Positions 1-64,000 of a DNA stretch of 64,000 nucleotides are shown here, in pieces. Positions within the stretch are counted from its first letter, which is position 1, and each line of letters opens with the position of its first letter. Source of the stretch: Tubiluchus corallicola (Eukaryota > Animalia > Priapulida). A program made the translations under genes and the position numbers. The DNA lies in contig JAQGDQ010000399.1 of assembly GCA_030141605.1 (NCBI GenBank), positions 149,028 through 213,027 on the forward strand. The letters run 5' to 3'. The notes beneath the pieces are model-generated. The model was not told the DNA's origin. It saw only the letters and a program-made list of their open reading frames with translations, and did no database searches.

Positions 1-683
1 GTAAATTGTCTTTTATAGCATTAATAGTTTGCCATTCATACTTTCATAAGTTTTTGTTGTTTAAGTCAAATGATCGCATGCTGTATGTAGTTCTGTTCAT
101 TTCTGTCTGCTGCTCTAGGAACCATATTGTATCCAAATTATAATTGATTACTGCATCATTGCTAGGCGACTGCTATCCCTTATTGGGTGTTTTAGATCAT
201 TTACACATAAATTATTGACTCTGTTGCTCCATCTCTTTGTCATTATTTTCTAGGCAACTGGACTGTGGTCATTTAGCTTGTGTTTGGGCATATGCCACTG
301 TTGCTGTTTGTGAAAAACCTTTCTCTTGCTTATAACAGTTTGGTGCTAATTTGCATAAATTGTCACAAACAATTTACTTTAAAAAGAGTGTAATTTGGCA
401 TTCGATGTTAAATTCAGCAAAAATTGTGTCCACGTACCAGAATTTTACATTGATCGAGCATGGAACAGAATTTCCCATATTACCAAATACCAATAGTTGC
501 TCTCAATACAAGTAATCCATCATCTGAATAAATCAAAATGGCTGCAGAGGGAGGTGTGAAAGAATGTACCCTCATTAAATTATCCATACATTATTATCTT
601 ATCTATCATTGTTACAGTAATAGTAATACTAAAGTTTATTCAGCTTCATGAACTTATTACAGTAGTTAAGATGTTAGTGCGAC

Positions 684-3122
684 GTGATGAAAGACCATAC
701 GGTCACCCAGTCAGTCACCTCTGATTGGATGCATATGATACAGATAAATACGAGCGGAGGTGATGAAAGACCATACGGTCACCCAGTCAGTCACCTCTGA
801 TTGGATGCATATGTTACAGATAAATACGGGCAGAGGTGATGAAAGACCATACGGTCACCCAGTCAGTCACCTCTGATTGGATGCATATGATACAGATAAA
901 TACGGGCGGAGGTGATGAAAGACCATACGGTCACCCAGTCAGTCACCTCTGATTGGATGCATATGATACAGATAAATACGAGCGGAGGTGATGAAAGACC
1001 ATGTGGTCACCCAGTCAGTCACCTCTGATTGGATGCATATGATACAGATAAATACGAGCAGAAGTGATGAAAGACCATACGGTCACCCAGTCAGTCACCT
1101 CTGATTGGATGCATATGATACAGATAAATACGAGCGGAGGTGATGAAAGACCATACGGTCACCCAGTCAGTCACCTCTGATTGGATGCATATGATACAGA
1201 TAAATACGAGCGGAGGTGATGAAAGACCATACGGTCACCCAGTCAGTCACCTCTGATTGGATGCATATGATACAGATAAATACGGGCAGAAGTGATGAAA
1301 GACCATACGGTCACCCAGTCAGTCACCTCTGATTAGATGCATATGTTACAGATAAATACGAGCGGAGGTGATGAAAGACCATATGGTCACCCAGTCAGTC
1401 ACCTCTGATTGGATGCATATGATACAGATAAATACGAGCAGAGGTGATGAAAGACCATGTGGTCACCCAGTCAGTCACCTCTGATTAGATGCATATGATA
1501 CAGATAAATACGGGCAGAGGTGATGAAAGACCATATGGTCACCCAGTCAGTCACCTCTGATTAGATGCATATGTTACAGATAAATACGGGCAGAGGTGAT
1601 GAAAGACCATGTGGTCACCCAGTCAGTCACCTCTGATTGGATGCATATGATACAGATAAATACGGGCAGAGGTGATGAAAGACCATGTGGTCACCCAGTC
1701 AGTCACCTCTGATTAGATGCATATGATACAGATAAATACGAGCGGAGGTGATGAAAGACCATATGGTCACCCAGTCAGTCACCTCTGATTGGATGCATAT
1801 GATACAGATAAATACGAGCGGAGGTGATGAAAGACCATGTGGTCACCCAGTCAGTCACCTCTGATTAGATGCATATGATACAGATAAATACGAGCGGAGG
1901 TGATGAAAGACCATATGGTCACCCAGTCAGTCACCTCTGATTGGATGCATATGATACAGATAAATACGAGCGGAGGTGATGAAAGACCATACGGTCACCC
2001 AGTCAGTCACCTCTGATTAGATGCATATGATACAGATAAATACGAGCAGAAGTGATGAAAGACCATGTGGTCACCCAGTCAGTCACTTCTGATTAGATGC
2101 ATATGATACAGATAAATACGAGCAGAAGTGATGAAAGACCATGTGGTCACCCAGTCAGTCACCTCTGATTAGAAGCATATGATGCAGATAAATACGAGCG
2201 GAGGTGATGAAAGACCATACGGTCACCCAGTCAGTCACCTCTGATTAGATGCATATGATACAGATAAATACGAGCAGAGGTGATGAAAGACCATACGGTC
2301 ACCCAGTCAGTCACCTCTGATTAGATGCATATGATACAGATAAATACGAGCGGAGGTGATGAAAGACCATATGGTCACCCAGTCAGTCACCTCTGATTGG
2401 ATGCATATGATACAGATAAATACGGGCAGAAGTGATGAAAGACCATATGGTCACCCAGTCAGTCACCTCTGATTGGATGCATATGATGCAGATAAATACG
2501 AGCGGAGGTGATGAAAGACCATACGGTCACCCAGTCAGTCACCTCTGATTGGATGCATATGATACAGATAAATACGAGCAGAGGTGATGAAAGACCATGT
2601 GGTCACCCAGTCAGTCACCTCTGATTGGATGCATATGATACAGATAAATACGAGCGGAGGTGATGAAAGACCATACGGTCACCCAGTCAGTCACCTCTGA
2701 TTAGAAGCATATGTTACAGATAAATACGAGCGGAGGTGATGAAAGATCATACGGTCACCCAGTCAGTCACGAGCGGAAGTGATGAAAGACCATACGGTCA
2801 CCCAGTCAGTCACCTCTGATTGGATGCATATGATACAGATAAATACGAGCAGAGGTGATGAAAGACCATACGGTCACCCAGTCAGTCACCTCTGATTAGA
2901 TGCATATGATACAGATAAATACGAGCAGAGGTGATCAAAGACCATGTGGTCACCCAGTCAGTCACCTCTGATTGGATGCATATGATACAGATAAATACGG
3001 GCAGAGGTGATGAAAGACCATGTGGTCACCCAGTCAGTCACCTCTGATTGGATGCATATGATACAGATAAATACGGGCAGAGGTGATGAAAGACCATGTG
3101 GTCACCCAGTCAGTCACCTCTC
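684..3122. repeat. 76-bp tandem array (about 32 copies)
   Basis: Unit gtgatgaaagaccatacggtcacccagtcagtcacctctgattggatgcatatgatacagataaatacgagcggag. Confidence 0.97.
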
Positions 3123-3458
3123 ATTAGATGTTAGTGACATTAACATTGTGCTAGTAGCAATTAATCAAAGTCTTAATTACATTAATAATTCATAAAAAGG
3201 CAAACATGTCTATATACGTACATAACCTACGCGCATACTTATACACATCAATTGAGAATGAGATTAGATAATGTAGTGATAATAATAAAAAGAGTGAGAA
3301 AAATAATAGAGTTTTAACAGAAATTTGTGGGGGGGATGTTAAAGGAATAAAATTGAAGGATGAAATGTCAAAATCTTAAACCAAAGACTGTAAGGACAGA
3401 GCTAATTTGGAGTGCTTAAATGACTTTTTAGATTTTTGAGTATATTGAATAGGTACAT

Positions 3459-3590
<132 letters not shown>

Positions 3591-3839
3591 ACATATTTTA
3601 CATAAGTGAAGTAAAGTGAAGTGATGTTTAGTAATTGTAAGTTCTCAACTATATGATTGAAGTAATTTGTTTCTATATTTTTGAGTAAATTGAGTAGGTA
3701 TATAACATATTTTACATAAAGAAAGTGATGTTTAGTAATTGCAAGTAATTAACCATGTGACTGAAGTAATTTGTTTCTATATTTTAATATTATTATCGTA
3801 ATGGATGTAGAGAGTTTCACAACTGAGTTTAGCGTGAAA

Positions 3840-4614
3840 TGTTACTTTGTTACAGCGTATTGTTACTTTGTTTCAGCGTATTGTTACTTTGTTACAGCGT
3901 ATTGTTACTTTGTTTCAGTGTATTGTTACTTTGTTTCAGCATATTGTTACTTTGTTTCAGCGTATTGTTACTTTGTTTCAGCGTATTGTTACTTTGTTTC
4001 AGCGTATTGTTACTTTGTTACAGCGTATTGTTACTTTGTTTCAGCGTATTGCTACTTTGTTACAGCATATTGTTACTTTGTTACAGCGTATTGTTACTTT
4101 GTTACAGCATATTGTTACTTTGTTACAGCGTATTGCTACTTTGTTTCAGCGTATTGTTACTTTGTTACAGCGTATTGCTACTTTGTTACAGCGTATTGTT
4201 ACTTTGTTTCAGCGTATTGTTACTTTGTTACAGCGTATTGTTACTTTGTTACAGCGTATTGTTACTTTGTTACAGCGTATTGTTACTTTGTTTCAGCATA
4301 TTGTTACTTTGTTACAGCGTATTGTTACTTTGTTTCAGTGTATTGTTACTTTGTTTCAGCATATTGTTACTTTGTTACAGCGTATTGTTACTTTGTTTCA
4401 GCATATTGTTACTTTGTTTCAGCGTATTGTTACTTTGTTTCAGCGTATTGTTACTTTGTTACAGCGTATTGTTACTTTGTTACAGCGTATTGTTACTTTG
4501 TTACAGCGTATTGTTACTTTGTTACAGCGTATTGTTACTTTGTTTCAGCGTATTGTTACTTTGTTTCAGCGTATTGTTACTTTGTTACAGCGTATTGTTA
4601 CTTTGTTTCAGCGT
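3840..4614. repeat. 21-bp tandem array built from a splice-acceptor-like unit
   Basis: About 37 copies of tgttactttgtt(t/a)cagcgtat. Confidence 0.97.
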
Positions 4615-4721
4615 GCACTAATAATCTTCAGCAGTTCATCAGTATGGATGGAACAGCTGGAGTTGGCGAAGTTTTGACACTTCCAGAGTTTCTGAGGAAA
4701 TTTTCTGGTGCAAAAAGCTGA
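4612..4721 (+). CDS. Probable last coding exon of an unidentified convergent gene (CTNNLQQFISMDGTAGVGEVLTLPEFLRKFSGAKS*)
   Basis: Follows the acceptor actttgtttcag, has protein-like composition and ends in TGA; upstream exons not identified. Confidence 0.5.
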
Positions 4722-4832
4722 TGTCTTGGGAACATTTGATTATTGCGGTCTGAACGTTTTGTACTTGTTCGAGAACTTATTGATCTGTACCTCGTCTGCA
4801 TTATTTTCATGTAGATTTATTTGTGACCGTGG

Positions 4833-5553
4833 CAGAGATGGGCGGATATCGCTTTCTCGTTTATCCACAACCATGAAATCCGCAACTGTACATATCCGCA
4901 TCCGCAAAATCCGCGGATTGAGTGAAATTTGAATATCCACGTATCCGCAGAAATGTAGGCAAGAAATTGACTAGGTTTGCTATTGGTGCTCTATTGTTAA
5001 AAACCGTTTCTTTGTAGCTGAAGCTAGGAGTTATAACCTCAAATCAATAATGACTTACTAGCGAGACCCCAATTTTGCTTGTAAACCTTCAACGACAACT
5101 CACACAGCACGATGTACGTAGTACATCACTCGACCAAATCGTGCCAATCACATCACACCACAAATCATAATAGGCTCGAGTAAAAAACTATAATATTTGT
5201 AATTATAAGTAATGTTTTGCGTCTAGGAATTTCCAGGTAAATTAGTGAAAAGTAGCAAAAAAGCAAGGGATCTTGAGAACATCTTACAATAAACTAGTGA
5301 TGAAAGGCATTTAATGTGGCAACAAGCCTTTTATTGTACAAGGAAATGCTTGACGAACTGACATTGTGTAAACTTTTTGTGCAACACTTGAAAATTTAGA
5401 AACGTGACTTTTGCTTGCTGCAGTTTCGCGTGAAATCTACAATTTTAGGCATTAAAAATCCGCAGCCCCAATAATTCACTATATACAATCCACAAAATTA
5501 TTGCGGATTCCGCAACCGCATGACCGCAAATCCACTATATCCACCCATCTCTG
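4833..5553. mobile_element. hAT-type MITE
   Basis: TIRs CAGAGATGGGCGGATAT / ATATCCACCCATCTCTG, TSD gaccgtgg/gattgtgg, subterminal TCCGCA repeats. Confidence 0.75.
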
Positions 5554-5717
5554 GATTGTGGTCTATCATCACTTGCAATGTGTGTGTGTCCATGTGCTAA
5601 ATGTAAGGAAATCTTCATTTTTGGCTTTTATTCAAAAATTTTAAAGCAATTGTAATTCTAAAGTTTGTTTTTTCCAACAGTACAGTTACAAATAATTTTT
5701 TGTTGTAAAAATAGATA

Positions 5718-6553
5718 CAGTCATACCTCGGTTGTCAAACGTCTCCGTACTCGTACAAATCGGTTTTGTTTCCTTTATAACTCTGAGCTCTGGACATTAA
5801 AAGCAAATCATAAAGCTGAAATCGATGCATTTCAAAGGCGAAATTACAGAAACATTTTGGGTATCAGATGGCCAAAGAAAATTTCAAACAAAGATCTGTA
5901 TGAAAAAATAAAAGAAGAACCTTGGACAAGAAAAATAAAAAGATGCAGTTTAAGATGGATTGGGCATATGCTTAGACTACCTGATGATATTCCAGTGAAG
6001 ATAGCTCTTCAACAAGCCATAGAACCAGCTAAAAAACTTGCAGGAGGACAAATGTTAACATACTTAGATTTTGCACAGAAAGATTTAAACACATCAGCAT
6101 TGATCCTTAGAAATAAATCTGCTTGGGGCATTGCAGCGTGTAGGGAGTCCTGGCATAGGGAGGTGAGCAGAATCATGTCACTGGACGTGTGATTCATTGG
6201 ATGATGATGATGATGACCGCGCCCGAGAGTAGTTACACACGTGTTTCTACTCTTGTTTACATATACACTGCTACCAGCACGTAAAGTTTTTTCATGCAGG
6301 AATAATTATGTTTTTCTTTCTAAGGAATTCTATTATGTTTTTCTTATCAGTAATATCACATCTACTTTTTGAATAAGCATTTTTGCATTATTATATTTCG
6401 TTTTAGTAATACTTTACAGTTCATAACGTGCTTGAGAACGGATTATTTGGTTTTAAGTCATTTCTCATGGGAATAAATGATTCGGTACTCAACCAAATCG
6501 GTTTTCAAACACTTTTTAGGAACGAATTATGGTCGAAAACCGAGGTATGACTG
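5718..6553. mobile_element. Tc1/mariner-pogo-type MITE
   Basis: TA|CAGTCATACCTCGGTT ... AACCGAGGTATGACTG|TA; related partial inverted copy at about 45503-45745. Confidence 0.8.
5770..6215 (+). mobile_element. 3' fragment of a non-LTR retrotransposon (RTE-like), nested in a MITE
   Basis: Encodes LYNSELWTL...IDAFQRR..RNILGIRW..KISN..LY...LRWIGHMLRL (C-terminus after the RT domain), then a (TGA)n tail. Confidence 0.8.
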
Positions 6554-7349
6554 TACAAGGGAGGTTTCCAGGAAATTCTAATAGAAATCCATGCTGTTGT
6601 TTTTGCTGAACTAACCAAACTGTCAGTATTGAAATGTTTCAAGAATGTCTTCTGCATTTTACACACATTAAACCATTCGTTTTAATGTACAGGCGTCCAG
6701 ATACCAGAGTTTTTAATTTTTTTATAGTCAAAAATTGCATTTTGCACAAGGTATTCAAAAGATTTGTGATGCTGTTCTCTGCTTAAAATTTGAAAAGCAC
6801 AAGGTATTTAAAAGATTGGTGATGCTGTTCTCTGCTTAAAATTTGAAAAACTATATCAAAACACGAGTTTCTTGTAAATAACAATAATATATTTTCTTTA
6901 ACAAATCTGCATAGCACTTCCTGCATCTGTCAAAGTCATAATGCCTTCGCATCACAACAAGCTTCCAACAACACGAATACACATGAAGGCTGAATCAGTC
7001 TATATGCTAAAATCAGCATTCAGTTTACAAACTAAAAATTGTCGCTAAACATATTCATGCTCTAATTACCAGTCTAATAAAAACGGTGTTTCCCCTTTCA
7101 ATTCGCCAAGCGATACTCGGTGACCAGACATATGATCTCTGGCTACCAGATCTGTTGCGTAATGCATAGGAGTCATACTCCACAGCGCCGTGTATGTACA
7201 TAAAATAGTAAAAAAGCTGCTCAAAATGTGAAAGTACAATATTACACAATAAAAAATTTGATGTAAAACTATGTACAAATGTTACAAACGAAGCAATGCA
7301 TACTTTTAGTGTACAAGCGGAACTGTTAGAATGTCCAAATATTATTAAA

Positions 7350-7806
7350 CAGGGTTCCCACCATCAGAGAATATCCTAGAAAAACAGGCTATCCTGGAAA
7401 GTCATGGAAAAAGATAGTTTGGTAAAAAGTCAGGGATAATGATGAAAATGGGGCGAAGAGTCAGGGAAATTGGAAAGGGTTGCAAAAATAATCACCGTGA
7501 ACCGATATTTTTCCAAACATATTTTTCAGGGATTCGTGTTCCAATAGAATTTTGCTATGGCAGGCTCCCAATTTCGACTTCTGTTCCAAAAGTAGTGATT
7601 GGATTAAGATAGTTTATTCAATGTGATTAGTGTAATTTCGTTAGCGCTACTGCAACTTGTCATGACACATTATATATCAGTATATGTATGAATGTCCGTA
7701 CACAAAAATGTTTGAATGTGTATACTGGTAATGAAATTTCTGGAAAATCAATATTTGGTCAGGGAAAAGTCAGGAAAATTTATTTTAAAATTCTGTGGGA
7801 ACCCTG
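7350..7806. mobile_element. MITE with TIR CAGGGTTCCCAC
   Basis: Perfect 12-bp TIRs and subterminal GTCAGGGAA repeats; TSD not clear. Confidence 0.7.
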
Positions 7807-8483
7807 ATTTTAGCAAAATTGAGTAGTACACTTAAATAAAAATGAATGATTTGTTTCATAAATAAATTTTCAATTATTTGCTTACAGACAATAACAGTAC
7901 AGCCTTCTTGAACTCGAAATGGATAGTCTATATATAAACTGATCAAAATTCATTATGCAAAATATGCAATTACTTGTATATTTAAAGGATTACATACAAA
8001 ATCAGTAAATTTCAATGAGCAATCCTTCAAAAACACACGAGTACGTTAAAAACAAAAGAAAAATATACATATCGAAAGACAATTGACTTACATAGTCATT
8101 AATATCTAAAAGATGCATCAATAAGAGACATTGTCTAAATCTCACGCGTGTAAATAGTTGTGCACATAAAACTGTACCATCTGTACAAGTATAAGATGAA
8201 CATTAGATTTATGAAAAAATACGTCTATGTACAATTCAGCATGCTCATCTATGCATATAGTGCACTGTATCACAATACGCTATCATAATTATTCACTCTG
8301 TTGATCTGAAGCTTAGGCTTAAAAGCAAAATAAAAGTTGTGCATATAATATGAAATGATCATGTAAAAAGACAGGTGGACAAATAAAATTCATAGAATCT
8401 CTTCATCAAAAATGATTTTAAATTTAGTAAACGTGTGCAGATTTGTGCAAACTTTACAAACGAATTGTTAGTATAAAATTAAA

Positions 8484-9123
8484 TGTGTGCTTGCATAGCA
8501 AAATCGTCCATAAGACGGCAATTAAGTTTTTCTAGTTATTCACATATCCTGAATCTCCATTTCATGAGGATCATTTTGATACCAAGTTCATCTCTCTATG
8601 TTATTTCTAAGGTGAGATAATCCACGTTGAAGTTGACGCTATGCAGTTGAAAACAATTTTGAGAAAATCGTTGTTAAGTCAGCCATTGTTTTTTGTCGCG
8701 TCTCGAAATACGAAAGTGCGGTTGTTACAGACTTTACAAGAACACATTAAAGTTATGTTTAAGTCCAGTAGATGGCTCTTCCTGACGAAGATTTGGGCTT
8801 GACAGAAAAAACCCAAAGCAAAATGACTGCTTCCAAGAGAGCTACTATTGGAGTTTGAAAATACAAGTTTTTTACATTTGCAGTACTAGTTTCTATGCAG
8901 GAAAGTGGGTACGGGGTTATATAATAAGATTTTTAGTATTTTTTGGACATTTTCTTGATAATATGATGCTAGAATATAAAAGTCCAATATATTTAGCGTC
9001 TGTTTTTATAAAAAACAAAAAATTAACATTAGACCAAAATTTTGGTGCATTCTACTTTGAAGCATCATAACGTAATTTTAACTGTGCCGACTCGTGAACG
9101 GTTTTGGTTTGCAAGCAGCACAT
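8484..9123. mobile_element. Non-autonomous DNA element, family A (about 40-bp imperfect TIRs TGTGTGCTTGCA..CAAAA.CGT.CA..AG.CGGCA)
   Basis: Further copies at 52765-53422 (same orientation), 31197-31823 and 26849-27258 (inverted, partial). Confidence 0.8.
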
Positions 9124-9626
9124 ACTAAGGGGTTATTAGTAATGTATAGTATGTATATCAAGTTTATGAATAAATGATTGAATTGAAAAATTCTAATACC
9201 ATTCAGTACCAGTTGTATAACACTATAGCACTATTTCATACACGACTAAGTAATATTGTATTTCCCGTATGTACGAAAGTTCTGGTACGAAGTAATCCAG
9301 ACTGCAAAAAAGCAGCAATTCCATGCAAGGGATAAATAAAAAAATTTGCACAACTGATCAAAAAATTAGATGTAAGTATAAAGCCATATCAAAAATTTTG
9401 TCTGGCTTGTCAAATTTTGCATTGCTTACAAAATCCAACAACAGTAACAGTAAAATCTAGCTTCATCGTTTCAAATGCATGCCAGTGCTCTTTCAGGATT
9501 GAAAACAAATAGGAGCCCATATTGAGCAAATCTGTGATGTACTGGTATCTCAATGCACTTTTACAATCAATTACATTTTGATATTTTAACTCGAATTTTG
9601 GAGGCAGCTAAGAACTTTTTTGTTAA

Positions 9627-10165
9627 AGGAAGACCGGATGATTGTTTAGTCTCAATCTCATTTTAATTTACTGTCCAAAATAAACATTTTCTTGCTTATA
9701 AAAGTTAACATTGTTCCTTATATTTGAATAATTAGCTTAGAAAGTTAATTAACGGCAACCGAACACAACTGCTGCTTACGTCAGAAACTAAACACAGTTT
9801 GCGCAATGGCAGGTGTCTTCCCTTGCGCATCAAACACATTTGCATAAGTACTGCTTAAATGCGTGATGTCACGAATAATGGGGTCTACGTCATATGACGT
9901 CACAAACTAACACTGCAGTTCGTGATCATGCTTATCAAGGTACCGCCTTGTATTTGTCTGCCAAGCGAATATGGCAAAAAGGCGCCGTTGCCAGTCTTAG
10001 TAGATTCACTGACCCGCGCGTAGCTTTGAAAGTTTAACAAAATTTAACTATCCGAGATAATTATTATTTAATCTAAGCTTTGATATAAAAAAGCTATTGT
10101 AGTTTTCAATATTTTAGAGCATTCTTTATTCTGAACTCATGTTTTCACAATCATCCGGTTTTTCT
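9627..10165. mobile_element. Kolobok-type MITE
   Basis: TTAA|AGGAAGACCGGATGATTGT ... ACAATCATCCGGTTTTTCT|TTAA; partial copy at 22082-22473; similar terminus at about 27900-27918. Confidence 0.75.
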
Positions 10166-10467
10166 TTAACCTCAAAATTTTCTGCATAAGATGTACAGCA
10201 ACTTAATATTTTTTATCAGCACAATGATAAATTAAAACTGCTACCATAATTATATTAAATTACTAACTCACTATCTGTTTTCAACAAACTAATAATAATA
10301 ATAATAATAATAACATTATTTCGTTTTTCTTTTGGGCATCAGTTGAAACTTCCTGCAATGTACCAAACACAATCTAACAGATATCGATCATGCTAGTTTA
10401 TTCTTACTTCTGCCTCTCATTTAAAAAACTTGGAAGTAAGCATAGCGGTTTCAAACAAAAGAACCTG

Positions 10468-63789
<53,322 letters not shown>

Positions 63790-63803
63790 CTACACCTGAA
63801 AAC

Positions 63804-64000
63804 GAACCCATTTTTTTTCAAAAAATCAACAAATCAGGAAGGGAACCCCATTCTCTTTTCAAAAAATCAACAAATCAGGAATGGAACTCCATTCTCTTTT
63901 CAAAAAATCAACAAATCAGGAAGGGAACCCCATTCTCTTTTCAAAAAATCAATAAATCAGGAAGGGAACCCCATTCTCTTTTCAAAAAATCAACAAATCA
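63804..64000. repeat. About 41-bp tandem array running off the window end
   Basis: Unit gaaccccattctcttttcaaaaaatcaacaaatcaggaagg. Confidence 0.9.

Noticed and set aside
684-3122. Tandem box C/D snoRNAs (GTGATGA ... CTGA in each unit)
   Set aside because: Boxes are only about 33 nt apart, there is no terminal stem outside the boxes, and no recognisable rRNA guide.

Overview
AT-rich, intron- and repeat-rich animal DNA, probably a protostome invertebrate because it carries an ionotropic receptor. The backbone is the 3' part of a minus-strand Draper/CED-1/MEGF10-family scavenger receptor. I assembled 20 exons by hand (63754 to 10468). All have GT-AG introns and consistent phases, giving 2878 nt that encode 15 EGF-like repeats, a TM helix and a Tyr-motif tail; the 5' exons lie beyond the window. 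Two genes with intronless coding regions are nested antisense in its introns: a divergent ionotropic receptor (IR, 20663-22034) and an ankyrin-repeat + Mab-21/cGAS-like receptor (cGLR, 39932-42437). Both are split by a +1 frame change where the first frame ends in the same pattern, codon-T-same codon (GAA-T-GAA and AAA-T-AAA). This is either stop-dependent +1 recoding or two independent indels/assembly errors. Also present: a solo LTR with a heat-shock-element array and TATA box, a 5S rRNA-derived SINE3 (two copies flanking the TM exon), a tRNA-derived SINE, many hAT/Tc1-pogo/Kolobok-type MITEs, a Penelope-like foldback with a degenerate hammerhead core, about 20 tandem arrays (two amplify splice acceptors, two arose inside transposons), and the probable last exon of a convergent + strand gene at 4612-4721. 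No CRISPR or prokaryotic features. All calls are from reading the sequence; no searches were run.
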